NCBI RefSeq assembly: GCF_003334385.1
Contig: NZ_QOWN01000037.1
DNA from: Escherichia coli
GTDB taxonomy: Bacteria > Pseudomonadota > Gammaproteobacteria > Enterobacterales > Enterobacteriaceae
Length of the DNA: 42,441 bases
Direction: 5' to 3' (one strand)
The notes beneath the pieces were generated by a model. It made no database searches. It was not told the origin of the DNA and was given only the letters and a program-made list of their open reading frames with translations. Each line of letters opens with the position of its first letter. Position 1 is the first letter of the stretch. Positions 15,746 through 28,347 of this stretch are shown here, piece by piece. A program made the translations under genes and the position numbers.

Positions 15746-16793
15746 GCGCCGGGATTTACCCCCTAACCTTTATATAAGAAACAATGGATATTACTGCTAC
15801 AGGGACCCAAGGACGGGTAAAGAGTTCGGATTAGGCAGAGACAGGAGGATAGCAATCACTGAAGCTATACAGGCCAACATTGAGTTATTTTCAGGACACA
15901 AACACAAGCCTCTGACAGCAAGAATCAACAGTGATAATTCTGTTACGTTACATTCATGGCTTGATCGCTACGAAAAAATCCTCTCCAGCAGAGGAATCAA
16001 GCAGAAGACACTCATAAATTACATGAGCAAAATTAAAGCAATAAGGAGGGGTCTACCTGATGTTCCACTTGAAGACATCACCACAAAAGAAATTGCGGCA
16101 ATGCTCAATGGATACATAGACGAGGGCAAGGCGGCATCAGCCAAGTTAATCAGATCAACACTGAGCGATGCATTCCGAGAGGCAATAGCTGAAGGCCATA
16201 TAACAACAAACCCGGTCGCTGCCACTCGCGCAGCAAAATCAGAGGTAAGGAGATCAAGACTTACGGCTGACGAATACCTGAAAATTTATCAAGCAGCAGA
16301 ATCATCACCATGTTGGCTCAGACTTGCAATGGAACTGGCTGTTGTTACCGGGCAGCGAGTTGGGGATTTATGCGAAATGAAATGGTCTGATATCGTAGAT
16401 GGATATTTTTATGTCGAGCAAAGCAAAACAGGCGTAAAAATTGCCATCCCTACAACATTGCATGTTGATGCTCTCGGGATATCAATGAAGGAAACACTTG
16501 ATAAATGCAAAGAGATTCTTGGCGGAGAAACCATAATTGCATCTACTCGTCGTGAACCGCTTTCATCCGGCACAGTATCAAGGTATTTTATGCGCGCACG
16601 AAAAGCATCAGGTCTTTCCTTCGAAGGGGATCCGCCTACCTTTCACGAGTTGCGCAGTTTGTCTGCAAGACTCTATGAGAAGCAGATAAGCGATAAGTTT
16701 GCTCAACATCTTCTCGGGCATAAGTCGGACACCATGGCATCACAGTATCGTGATGACAGAGGCAGGGAGTGGGACAAAATTGAAATCAAATAA
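15723..16793 (+). CDS. int: Lambda-type tyrosine integrase
   Basis: 356 aa, MGRRRSHERRDLPPNLYIRNNGYYCYRDPRTGKEFGLGRDRRIAITEAIQANIELFSG... essentially lambda Int as recalled. Confidence 0.95.
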   Translation: MGRRRSHERRDLPPNLYIRNNGYYCYRDPRTGKEFGLGRDRRIAITEAIQANIELFSGHKHKPLTARINSDNSVTLHSWLDRYEKILSSRGIKQKTLINYMSKIKAIRRGLPDVPLEDITTKEIAAMLNGYIDEGKAASAKLIRSTLSDAFREAIAEGHITTNPVAATRAAKSEVRRSRLTADEYLKIYQAAESSPCWLRLAMELAVVTGQRVGDLCEMKWSDIVDGYFYVEQSKTGVKIAIPTTLHVDALGISMKETLDKCKEILGGETIIASTRREPLSSGTVSRYFMRARKASGLSFEGDPPTFHELRSLSARLYEKQISDKFAQHLLGHKSDTMASQYRDDRGREWDKIEIK

Positions 16794-16881
16794 TGATTTT
16801 ATTTTGACTGATAGTGACCTGTTCGTTGCAACAAATTGATAAGCAATGCTTTTTTATAATGCCAACTTAGTATAAAAAAGC
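16794..16881. other. attL: lambda P' arm plus 15-bp core, joined to the bacterial B arm
   Basis: Plus strand 16794-16866 is the reverse complement of the lambda attP P' arm (including AGGTCACTATCAGTCAAAAT arm sites); core TTAGTATAAAAAAGC at 16867-16881; followed by AGCAGG (complement of attB CCTGCT). Confidence 0.9.
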
Positions 16882-16927
16882 AGGCTTCAACGGATTCATT
16901 TTTCTATTTCATAGCCCGGAGCAACCT

Positions 16928-18211
16928 GTGAACACATTTTCAGTTTCCCGTCTGGCGCTGGCATTGGCTTTTGGCGTGACGCTGACCGCCTGTAGCTCAA
17001 CCCCGCCCGATCAACGTCCTTCTGATCAAACCGCGCCTGGTACCTCTTCTCGCCCGATTCTGTCGGCAAAAGAAGCGCAGAATTTCGATGCTCAACACTA
17101 TTTTGCATCCCTGACACCAGGTGCTGCAGCGTGGAATCCTTCCCCGATTACCCTGCCTGCGCAACCTGACTTTGTTGTCGGCCCGGCGGGCACTCAAGGT
17201 GTAACGCATACCACGATTCAGGCGGCGGTAGATGCGGCAATTATCAAGCGTACCAACAAGCGCCAGTATATTGCCGTGATGCCTGGTGAGTATCAGGGAA
17301 CGGTATATGTCCCTGCCGCTCCGGGTGGAATTACTCTGTACGGTACAGGTGAAAAACCGATTGATGTGAAGATTGGGCTTTCCCTTGATGGTGGCATGAG
17401 CCCTGCCGACTGGCGTCACGACGTCAACCCGCGCGGCAAATATATGCCAGGTAAACCAGCGTGGTATATGTACGATAGCTGCCAGAGCAAACGCAGCGAC
17501 AGTATCGGTGTTCTCTGCTCTGCGGTCTTCTGGTCACAAAACAATGGCCTGCAACTGCAAAATCTGACCATCGAAAACACGCTGGGCGATAGCGTAGATG
17601 CAGGTAACCATCCGGCGGTAGCACTGCGTACTGATGGTGACCAGGTACAGATTAACAACGTTAACATTCTCGGTCGTCAGAACACCTTCTTTGTCACCAA
17701 CAGCGGTGTGCAGAACCGTCTGGAAACGAATCGTCAGCCGCGTACGCTGGTGACCAACAGCTACATTGAAGGGGATGTGGATATCGTTTCTGGTCGCGGC
17801 GCAGTGGTGTTCGATAACACCGAATTCCGCGTGGTGAACTCACGTACTCAGCAAGAAGCGTATGTGTTTGCACCGGCTACGCTGTCCAACATTTACTACG
17901 GTTTCCTCGCCGTAAACAGCCGTTTCAATGCTTTCGGTGATGGTGTGGCGCAACTGGGCCGCTCGCTGGATGTTGATGCCAATACCAACGGTCAGGTGGT
18001 GATCCGTGATAGCGCCATCAACGAAGGTTTTAACACGGCTAAACCGTGGGCCGATGCGGTGATCTCTAATCGTCCGTTTGCGGGTAATACCGGCAGCGTA
18101 GATGATAACGACGAAATACAGCGCAATCTGAATGACACTAACTACAACCGCATGTGGGAATACAATAACCGCGGCGTGGGTAGTAAAGTGGTTGCAGAGG
18201 CGAAGAAGTAA
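16928..18211 (+). CDS. ybhC: Pectinesterase-like outer-membrane lipoprotein YbhC
   Basis: 427 aa, GTG start, lipobox LTAC; matches K-12 YbhC as recalled. Confidence 0.9.
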   Translation: MNTFSVSRLALALAFGVTLTACSSTPPDQRPSDQTAPGTSSRPILSAKEAQNFDAQHYFASLTPGAAAWNPSPITLPAQPDFVVGPAGTQGVTHTTIQAAVDAAIIKRTNKRQYIAVMPGEYQGTVYVPAAPGGITLYGTGEKPIDVKIGLSLDGGMSPADWRHDVNPRGKYMPGKPAWYMYDSCQSKRSDSIGVLCSAVFWSQNNGLQLQNLTIENTLGDSVDAGNHPAVALRTDGDQVQINNVNILGRQNTFFVTNSGVQNRLETNRQPRTLVTNSYIEGDVDIVSGRGAVVFDNTEFRVVNSRTQQEAYVFAPATLSNIYYGFLAVNSRFNAFGDGVAQLGRSLDVDANTNGQVVIRDSAINEGFNTAKPWADAVISNRPFAGNTGSVDDNDEIQRNLNDTNYNRMWEYNNRGVGSKVVAEAKK

Positions 18212-18227
18212 GAGCAATTAACTATTT

Positions 18228-18430
<203 letters not shown>

Positions 18431-18444
18431 TCACATGGCGCTTT

Positions 18445-20706
18445 TTACATCTGACGGTTTTTATTGAAGTTAATCAAACTACCCGCCTTGATAATCTCGC
18501 GCTCTTCAGCAGTCAGACTTTCCATATAGAGCGTAATTTCCGTTACCGGCGCATCTTCATGGATCACATAACCTTTAAACGTCGTACCCGGATTATCCAG
18601 CGCCGCTTTAATGCCAGGGATGTAAATGTAATCCCCCACTTCAAAGGTTGGTACTTCCGCCATTTGCAGCGGTAACATCCCCCAGTTGATGACGTTAGAA
18701 CGATAGCGTTTAGTCGCGTACTCCTCGGCAATATTCGCCAGACCGCCAATCACACGCTGGCAGCTCGCCGCCTGTTCACGCGCAGAACCATCGCCTGGTT
18801 TCACCGCATAGACCATGCTGCCAATTTCAGTTTGCAGCGGATCAATATGCTCCTGACCAGCAATCTGCTTAATGCGCGCAAACACCTCTGTCAGCTCGCT
18901 GACATTCCCCGCCAGACGCTGATTTTCCAGCTCAGCAGTCGCTTTACTTCTGCTAACATAACCGGGATCGCGGCGAGACAGGGTAAACTCCGCCAGACCA
19001 ATCGGATTTGAACGATAAGAAGAGGTTTCACCGGAAGGAATCAGTTCGTCGGTGGTGGTCACTTCGTCGAGGATCTTCGAGCACACTTTCAGGACGATAT
19101 TGTCAGTCAGCGCACCCAATTCCGGCCAGTCTTTAATGTTCGGCCCGTAAATCAGCGGTTGCTGAGTTGCCCCTTTCACAAAGCCCTGATAAACACGGTT
19201 TTTATACGGCGTTACATCGAAGGCGTACTCCGGCACGTTGTCCCAGCAATCAAGTTCGCTGGCAGAGGTTAAATAGCCACCGTTTGCCGCAGTCGCAGCG
19301 ATAGAACGAGCGTCCATCAACGCCACCGCTGACATCTGCCCATTAGCTGGCTTAGAGCCTTCGCGGTTCGGGAAGTTACGCGTGGTGTGGCGAATACTCA
19401 AACCGTTGTTGATTGGCGTATCGCCCGCGCCAAAGCATGGGCCGCAGAACGCGGTTCTGATGATTGCGCCTGCGCCAATCAAATCTGCTACCACACCTTT
19501 TTTGGCGAGATCCATAAACACCGGCTGCGATGACGGGTAAACTGCCAGCGAGAAGGTGTCATTGCCACAGGATTGACCGCGCAGTGCATTCGCCGCCGCG
19601 ATGACGTTTTCGTAGTTACCGCCAGAACAGCCCGCGATAATCCCCTGCTGCACTTTCAGGCGACCATTTTCCACTTTATCCAGCAGCGAGAGTTTGGCTT
19701 TACCGTGCGCCACGCGTTCGGACTCAATTTCAATCTCACGCAGAATGTCGGTCAGGTTCTGGTTCAGTGTGTCGATTTCATACACGTTGCTCGGGTGGAA
19801 CGGCAGCGCAATCATTGGTTTGATGGCGCTTAAATCAACGCTGATGCAGCCATCGTAGTACGCCATCGGTTGAGGGTTAAGCTGGCAGTAATCCTGGCCG
19901 CGACCGTGCAGCGCCAGCCAGTTATGGACTTCTTCATCGGTTTGCCAGACAGAACTTAAACAGGTCGTTTCAGTGGTCATCACGTCAACGCTGTTACGGA
20001 AATCGGTAGAGAGCGCGCTAACGCCCGGTCCAACGAACTCCATGACTTTGTTTTTGACGTAACCGTTTTTGAACACCGCGCCAATGATAGCCAGCGCCAC
20101 ATCCTGTGGCCCCACATACGGCGCAGGTTTTCCGGTCAGATGCACCGCAACCACGCCCGGATAGTCGATATCCCAGGTGTCATTAAGCAGCTGTTTTACC
20201 AACTCACCGCCGCCCTCACCGACTGCCATTGTCCCTAATGCACCGTAACGGGTGTGGCTGTCTGACCCGAGGATCATTTTGCCGCCGCCTGCCATCATCT
20301 CACGCATATATTGATGGATGACCGCAATATGCGGAGGCACAAAAATACCGCCATAACGCTGGGCCGCCGATAAACCAAAAACATGGTCATCACCGTTAAT
20401 AGTGCCGCCGACGGCGCAGAGTGAGTTATGGCAGTTGGTCAGCACATACGGCAGCGGGAAACGTTCCATACCGGACGCTTTAGCGGTCTGTACAATACCA
20501 ACAAAGGTAATATCGTGAGAGGCTAATGAATCAAACTTAATTTTAAGTTTATCCATATTTCCGGACGTATTATGCGAAGAGAGAATAGACCAGGCAATAG
20601 TGCCTTTTTTGGCTTCTTCTTTTTTAATTTCGCCGGTGAAATGTTCTTCGGCAATTATTTCGTTATTACTGGCGAGAAACACGCCTTTTTCAGATAACTT
20701 GATCAT
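18445..20706 (-). CDS. ybhJ: Aconitase-family putative hydratase YbhJ
   Basis: 753 aa from [18 protein letters not shown]; the track ORF has 8 extra upstream codons. Confidence 0.85.
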
Positions 20707-20888
20707 CAAATGCTCCAGATATCTGCGCACCGTGAAGTGCGCAGAAAGATAATAAATGGATATACTCTAAATAATTCGAGTTGCAGGAAGGCGACAAGCG
20801 AGTGAATCCCCAGGAGCTTACATAAGTAAGTGACTGGGGTGAGCGAACGCAGACGCAGCACATGCAACTTGAAGTATGACGAGAATAT

Positions 20889-22322
20889 TTACAGCATGTT
20901 CCAGCCGATCAGCATATTCCACCACCACACGCCGAGGGTGATATGCACCAGGAAGGTTAATATCGTCAGTACCGCACCGACCAACCACCAGGATTTAATA
21001 TCGTTATAACCCACGCCAAAGATGACCGGACCTGCCGCGCCGCCATAGTGAGTAACCATGCCGCCATAGGAGTTGGAGAACAACAGTGCCAGCGCGGTTA
21101 ACATTAACGGTGCGCCGGAGACGTTCGCCAGCATGGCAAATACCGGTAACATAGCAACGATATAGGCACTACCGGAAGCGAAGAAATAACGCACGATAAT
21201 GCTGAGGAAAATAATAACGAAGAAAGCAACGTTACCGTGACCATCAAATGCCAGGTTATTTTTAAAGACTTCAGCTAACCATTCGAAGAATTTAACTTTC
21301 GATAATAAGGAGCTTAAGCCGATAATACCGCCGTACCAGATTAAGGTATTCCAGCCGCCTTTATTTTTAACCACGTCTTCCCAGGTAACGATACCCAGCA
21401 GCAGCATGGTTGCCATAACAACGATTGCCACGGTGGATTCATCAACCCCCAGAGACTTACTGAAAATCCAGCCCAGCAGCGCCAGCACAAAGACACCGAG
21501 CAGCATTTTTTCGCGGATTTTCATCGGTCCTAGTTCGGCAAGGCCCGCTTTAGCGATGGTTTTGTTATCCACCTTCTTAATTTCTGGTGGATACATGGTG
21601 TAAATCACCAGCGGGGTGACCAGCAGCATAATGATGCCCGGCAATCCGGCTGCCAGCGCCCATCCACCCCAGCTAATTTGCAGGTGCAGAATGTCGTTGA
21701 TCATTTTCAGCGCCAGAATGTTCCCCGCCATTGCGGTAAAGAACATATAGCTGGTGGTTTTGGTGACCATGTAAATGGACATCATCAGGTAATGTCCGAC
21801 ACGACGCGGACTTTTTTCCGGTTCGGACCCCAAAGCCACCGCCACGCTGTTGATGATCGGTAACACAATGCCGCCCGCACGCGCGGTGTTAGACGGTGTT
21901 GCCGGAGCCAGTACCAGATCGAGGAATACCGTAACGTAACCCAGACCCAGCGTGGTGTTACCGATTTTACCAATCAGCAGATAGGCAATACGTTTACCTA
22001 AACCGGTGGTCACAAATGCGGCGCTTAAGGTAAACGCCGAGAACACCAGCCAGGTGGTACCTGAAGAGTAACCGCTTAATACGGCGGTGGTTTTAAACGC
22101 ACCGTCGGATAAGTTACCGACCACCACCATTGAGGCAGCAACGGCAATTAACAGTACGACAGGTTCCGGGAAAGGCTTGATAACCAGCCCCACAATGGCC
22201 GCCAGGTAAATACCAAAAAGCACCCACGCCAGTTCGCTTAATCCTGCCGGAGCTGGCATAAAACCAATAATACATGGGATCGCTAATATCAGAATTAGCT
22301 TCCATAACGATTTCTTATTCAT
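20889..22322 (-). CDS. ybhI: DASS-family anion:sodium symporter YbhI
   Basis: 477-aa polytopic membrane protein. Confidence 0.85.
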   Translation of the reverse strand: MNKKSLWKLILILAIPCIIGFMPAPAGLSELAWVLFGIYLAAIVGLVIKPFPEPVVLLIAVAASMVVVGNLSDGAFKTTAVLSGYSSGTTWLVFSAFTLSAAFVTTGLGKRIAYLLIGKIGNTTLGLGYVTVFLDLVLAPATPSNTARAGGIVLPIINSVAVALGSEPEKSPRRVGHYLMMSIYMVTKTTSYMFFTAMAGNILALKMINDILHLQISWGGWALAAGLPGIIMLLVTPLVIYTMYPPEIKKVDNKTIAKAGLAELGPMKIREKMLLGVFVLALLGWIFSKSLGVDESTVAIVVMATMLLLGIVTWEDVVKNKGGWNTLIWYGGIIGLSSLLSKVKFFEWLAEVFKNNLAFDGHGNVAFFVIIFLSIIVRYFFASGSAYIVAMLPVFAMLANVSGAPLMLTALALLFSNSYGGMVTHYGGAAGPVIFGVGYNDIKSWWLVGAVLTILTFLVHITLGVWWWNMLIGWNML

Positions 22323-22397
22323 TTAAAATCCTGTTCTTTCTGTATGACTCATACAGAAGTCCTTTATTGATTGTCCTTATCCTGACAACGAATTTTT

Positions 22398-23450
22398 TCA
22401 GGGAAGATAAACTTCACCGGAAAATATTTTTCTGGTCGTCCGAATAACAGATGCGCGTAACGTCGTGGCATCCTGACCTTCATTACTTAAATGAACGTCG
22501 AGCGCACCACTGGGGTGTTCAATATTGATATTGCCGTATCCTACAGAAGGGACGATTTGTCGGGTGACGGTGCCTTCCAATGCACAACTACTGGAAATAG
22601 CAATAGCACCGGTTATCGCCAGCGCGCGATGGCAAGAATGCGGCATAAAATAACGCACATTAATTGCCCCGCCTTTCTGCGCTGGAGAAATAAGCACAGG
22701 TTTAGGGATAACCATATTACTGACATCACCTAAGCCCATTGCTTTACCCGCTTGTAGACGGATAGATTCAATGCGGGCTAATAATGCTTTGTCGGCATCC
22801 AGTTCCGCCGGTAATTCATAACCTGTTTTTCCCAGATATTCAGCCGGAATAATGACGACTGGCATCGCCATATCGATACAGGTCACCGGGACATCGTCAA
22901 AATAATCAATCTGATTATCAGTCGGGAAAACTTTTCCGGTTTTGGTTCCAGCGGCATTCAGGAAAGTGAGCGCAACCGGTGCGGCAGTACCCGGTACGCC
23001 GTCAATTCTGGCGCTACCCTCGTACTCGACAACACCATTTGGCGTTTGCACATCAGCTTCGATGAACGTACCCGTATTGACGTTGCGGATACGTACGCGA
23101 GTAACTGGCGAAGTCGCTGCAATCAAACCATTTTCAATGGCGAATGCCCCAACACCAGACAGCATATTGCCGCAGTTAGGCGTGGTATCGACACGTTGCT
23201 CATGAACGATTACCTGCGCAAACAGATAATCGACATCAGCACGCGGATCGCTGGAACGGCTAATAATGGCGACTTTACTGGTCAGTGGATTACCGCCGCC
23301 AATACCGTCAATTTCCAGATCGTTACCGGAACCCATAATTGCCATCAATATTTTATCGCGCTGCGTTTGATCTTCGGGTAAATGTTCCGCTAACAGGAAC
23401 GCGCCCCTCGAGGTTCCACCTCGCATCATCACGCAGGGTATTTTTTTCAT
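22398..23450 (-). CDS. ybhH: PrpF-family putative isomerase YbhH
   Basis: 350 aa. Confidence 0.85.
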   Translation of the reverse strand: MKKIPCVMMRGGTSRGAFLLAEHLPEDQTQRDKILMAIMGSGNDLEIDGIGGGNPLTSKVAIISRSSDPRADVDYLFAQVIVHEQRVDTTPNCGNMLSGVGAFAIENGLIAATSPVTRVRIRNVNTGTFIEADVQTPNGVVEYEGSARIDGVPGTAAPVALTFLNAAGTKTGKVFPTDNQIDYFDDVPVTCIDMAMPVVIIPAEYLGKTGYELPAELDADKALLARIESIRLQAGKAMGLGDVSNMVIPKPVLISPAQKGGAINVRYFMPHSCHRALAITGAIAISSSCALEGTVTRQIVPSVGYGNINIEHPSGALDVHLSNEGQDATTLRASVIRTTRKIFSGEVYLP

Positions 23451-23633
23451 AATAATGCCCTCAATTTAAAAACATAACTTATTGCGATATGGTTACATTA
23501 AGGGCAAAGCATCTCTAATGACTTTAGCTCAACGATTAATAACATTTTTTCATTAATTTAAGTTGGCTAAATGCAGTTAAAATTTTTAACGGCCAGCCAC
23601 CCAAAATCGTCGCTTCCATTTTCCGGAGTAATA

Positions 23634-24587
23634 ATGAAGCATGAATTATCAAGTATGAAGGCATTTGTCATACTGGCAGAGTCCAGTTCGTTTAACAATG
23701 CCGCTAAATTACTCAATATTACGCAACCTGCATTAACGCGAAGAATAAAAAAGATGGAGGAAGATTTACATATTCAACTATTTGAGCGTACAACTCGCAA
23801 GGTTACGTTAACAAAAGCAGGAAAAAGGTTGCTCCCGGAGGCGCGGGAATTAATAAAGAAATTCGATGAAACGCTTTTTAATATTCGTGATATGAATGCT
23901 TATCATCGTGGTATGGTGACGTTAGCGTGTATTCCGACCGCAGTATTTTATTTTTTACCGCTGGCAATCGGTAAATTTAATGAGCTGTATCCCAATATTA
24001 AAGTGCGGATTCTGGAACAAGGCACGAATAATTGCATGGAATCGGTGCTGTGTAACGAATCAGACTTTGGCATAAACATGAACAACGTCACAAATTCATC
24101 CATTGATTTTACCCCACTGGTCAACGAGCCGTTCGTGCTGGCCTGTCGGCGTGACCATCCATTGGCCAAAAAGCAGCTTGTAGAATGGCAGGAGTTAGTG
24201 GGTTACAAAATGATTGGCGTACGCTCCTCCAGCGGCAACCGACTGTTGATAGAACAACAGCTGGCCGACAAGCCCTGGAAGCTGGACTGGTTTTACGAAG
24301 TGCGTCATCTTTCGACGTCATTAGGACTGGTGGAGGCGGGACTGGGGATTTCGGCGCTTCCTGGCCTGGCAATGCCTCATGCGCCCTATTCTTCGATTAT
24401 TGGTATCCCATTGGTGGAACCCGTTATACGTCGAACATTGGGAATAATTCGCCGTAAAGATGCCGTACTTTCTCCAGCAGCAGAACGCTTTTTTGCCTTG
24501 CTGATTAATTTATGGACTGACGATAAAGACAATTTGTGGACCAATATCGTCGAACGCCAGAGACACGCGTTACAGGAGATAGGTTAA
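23634..24587 (+). CDS. ybhD: LysR-type transcriptional regulator YbhD
   Basis: 317 aa from MKHELSSMKAFVILAESSSFNNAAKLLNITQPALTRRIKKME (LysR HTH); divergent from ybhH. Confidence 0.85.
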   Translation: MKHELSSMKAFVILAESSSFNNAAKLLNITQPALTRRIKKMEEDLHIQLFERTTRKVTLTKAGKRLLPEARELIKKFDETLFNIRDMNAYHRGMVTLACIPTAVFYFLPLAIGKFNELYPNIKVRILEQGTNNCMESVLCNESDFGINMNNVTNSSIDFTPLVNEPFVLACRRDHPLAKKQLVEWQELVGYKMIGVRSSSGNRLLIEQQLADKPWKLDWFYEVRHLSTSLGLVEAGLGISALPGLAMPHAPYSSIIGIPLVEPVIRRTLGIIRRKDAVLSPAAERFFALLINLWTDDKDNLWTNIVERQRHALQEIG

Positions 24588-24627
24588 TACACCGGCGCAG
24601 GAGAGACTGCGCCGGGTAAATCAGCGG

Positions 24628-25659
<1,032 letters not shown>

Positions 25660-25777
25660 CTAAAATTAGTCGCTTTTGGCGGTGAATGCTGAATTAAAAC
25701 GCAGAATTTTGTCCGATAGTGGTATCGGTGTACCATTCGCGCAGACGAAAATTCTTAACCTTAATCTGGAATACGCC

Positions 25778-26596
25778 ATGACCACACGCGTGATTGCTCT
25801 CGACTTAGACGGCACCTTATTGACCCCGAAAAAGACCCTGCTTCCTTCATCGATAGAAGCCCTGGCCCGCGCTCGCGAAGCAGGCTATCAATTAATCATC
25901 GTCACAGGTCGCCATCACGTCGCTATTCATCCTTTTTATCAGGCGCTGGCGCTGGATACACCTGCTATTTGCTGTAATGGCACCTATTTGTATGATTATC
26001 ATGCAAAAACCGTGCTGGAAGCGGACCCAATGCCCGTTATTAAAGCCCTGCAACTCATTGAGATGCTGAATGAACACCACATTCACGGTCTGATGTATGT
26101 CGATGATGCAATGGTCTATGAGCACCCGACCGGGCATGTCATTCGCACATCTAACTGGGCGCAAACCCTGCCGCCGGAACAGCGTCCGACTTTCACACAA
26201 GTCGCTTCTCTGGCTGAAACGGCGCAACAAGTTAACGCCGTATGGAAGTTCGCCCTGACGCACGATGACCTGCCGCAATTGCAGCATTTTGGTAAGCATG
26301 TCGAACATGAACTGGGACTGGAGTGTGAATGGTCCTGGCACGATCAGGTTGATATTGCACGCGGCGGCAACAGCAAAGGTAAACGTTTGACGAAATGGGT
26401 TGAGGCGCAAGGTTGGTCGATGGAAAACGTCGTGGCATTCGGCGATAACTTTAATGATATCAGTATGCTGGAAGCCGCTGGTACAGGCGTGGCGATGGGC
26501 AACGCCGATGACGCGGTAAAAGCGCGCGCCAACATTGTGATTGGTGATAACACCACCGACAGCATTGCCCAGTTCATTTATAGCCACCTGATTTAA
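25778..26596 (+). CDS. ybhA: HAD-family pyridoxal phosphate phosphatase YbhA
   Basis: 272 aa from MTTRVIALDLDGTLL (HAD motif I). Confidence 0.85.
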   Translation: MTTRVIALDLDGTLLTPKKTLLPSSIEALARAREAGYQLIIVTGRHHVAIHPFYQALALDTPAICCNGTYLYDYHAKTVLEADPMPVIKALQLIEMLNEHHIHGLMYVDDAMVYEHPTGHVIRTSNWAQTLPPEQRPTFTQVASLAETAQQVNAVWKFALTHDDLPQLQHFGKHVEHELGLECEWSWHDQVDIARGGNSKGKRLTKWVEAQGWSMENVVAFGDNFNDISMLEAAGTGVAMGNADDAVKARANIVIGDNTTDSIAQFIYSHLI

Positions 26597-27655
26597 TCAG
26601 GCGGTTATCGACACACTTTTAATTTGCGCGTACAGCCACAGGCCAGGTTTGATCGCCAGTTCATCCCTGGCCCACGGGCTGATACGCGCCCACAGCGTTT
26701 TACCGCCGACTTCCAGTTCCACTTCCACCTGGCCGTTGTCGTCATAACTATTAACAACTTTTGCCCGCAATACGTTACGAATGCTGGTTTGCTGCGGCGG
26801 TTGTAAAACCAGAGAAACATCGGAAGCCTGAATGCGGATACGTAGCGCAGCTTGCAGCGGTTCGTCCAGCTTATTGACCCACAAATGCTGATCGCCCAGC
26901 GCCAGCGCGGTCATCGCGTAATGCGGATGATGCTCAAGCACCGTCACTTTCAGAATGCTACTTTGTTGCTCTTTCGGCAGCCACGGATTCATCACGCTAC
27001 TGCCCCACACTTCCTCCAGCGCGCCAAAGGCTTTCACCTGACCGTTTTCCAGTACCATCACTCTGTCTGCCAGATGGAGGATCTCATCCAGCGAATGGCT
27101 GACATACAACATCGGAATGTTGATTTCCCGTGTCAGCCGTTGCAGATAAGGCAACAGTTCGCGTTTACGCGGAATATCCAGTGACGCCAGCGGTTCATCC
27201 AGCAACAGCAATTCCGGTGCTGTCAGCAAAGCCCGACCAATCGCCACGCGCTGTTTTTCGCCTCCGGACAGGCTGCCTGGTAAACGGTCAAGCAACGGTT
27301 CAATGCCTAAAAGCGCCACCAGCTTATCGAACTGATCGACCATACTTTTCGACATGCCGTAGCGCAGATTGCCACGCACTTTGTAATGCGGGAACAGCCG
27401 CGCATCCTGAAAAACATAGCCAACGCGACGCTTTTCCGGCGTCAGGCAGATACCTTTTTCGGCATCATTTAGTACCCGCCCATTGAGGACAATCCGCCCT
27501 TTTTGCGGGCGCGTCAGTCCACTGATGGCGTTAATCAGCGAAGTTTTTCCGGCACCGGAGACGCCAAAGATAGCAGTGATGCCATTGGCGGGCAGCGTTT
27601 CATTAATAGTCAGGCAATGGTTGCCCAACGTCTGGGAAAAATTCAGTTCCAGCAT
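26597..27655 (-). CDS. modC: Molybdate ABC transporter ATP-binding protein
   Basis: 352 aa; Walker [10 protein letters not shown] and ABC signature LSGGEKQR. Confidence 0.9.
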
Positions 27656-27657
27656 GA

Positions 27658-28347
27658 TTAGCGCCCCGCCCGTTCACGGCTGATTCTGGCCAGCCATTCT
27701 GAAATCAACAGGGAGATCATCGCCAGCGCAATAGAAATAATGCACAGTCTCGCCGCTCCACTTTCCCCGCCGGGGGTCTGGATCAGGGTATACATGGCAG
27801 AAGGAATGGTTCGCGTTTCACCAGGAATGTTCGACACAAAGGTGATGGTTGCACCAAACTCACCGAGAGAACGAGCAAAAGCCAGTACCGTACCAACAAT
27901 AATTCCCGGTAAGGTCAGCGGTAACGTGATAGTAAAGAAAACGCGCCAGCGCCCGGCCCCCAGTGTTCTTGCGGCCTGTTCCAGTTTGACATCAACCCCT
28001 TCCAGCGCCAGACGAATTGCCCGCACCATCAGCGGAAACGACATGACGGCGGCAGCGAGAACCGCGCCGCGCCAGCTAAAGGCGAAGGTAATACCAAACC
28101 AGTCATACAGACGTTCACCGATAAATCCGCGCCGTCCCATCGAAACTAATAATAAGTAACCGACGACCACGGGCGGTAACACCAGCGGTAGATGCAGTAC
28201 GCTGTCGAGCAGAGCTTTGCCCGGAAACGTGCAACGCACCAGTAACCAGGCAAAAAAGATCCCAAACGGCAGGCTAAACAGCACAGCCAGGGAAGAAACT
28301 TTCAGGCTTAATAAAACTGCCTGCCATTCTGGATCGGTCAGTATCAT
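27658..28347 (-). CDS. modB: Molybdate ABC transporter permease
   Basis: 229-aa membrane protein. Confidence 0.9.

Larger units (their letters stand above)
1..16881. mobile_element. Lambda-like mosaic prophage, int-proximal arm (nin region to attL); truncated by window start on the Q/late side
   Basis: Contiguous phage gene order ninH-rusA-ninF-ninD-ninB-replication-cII-cro-cI-N-cIII-erf-xis-int ending in a lambda attL; the neighbouring chromosomal gene is ybhC, the known gal-side neighbour of attB-lambda. Confidence 0.9.

Noticed and set aside
1-16881. Treating the prophage as complete within the window
   Set aside because: No Q, lysis, head or tail genes and no attR are present; only attL and the early/nin arm are in view.
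16997-18217. Minus-strand ORFs inside ybhC (16997..17419, 17416..17667, 17840..18217)
   Set aside because: Antisense to a well-supported conserved gene; typical GC-rich shadow ORFs.
25892-26587. 231-aa minus-strand ORF inside ybhA
   Set aside because: Antisense to ybhA, which has clear HAD-family motifs.
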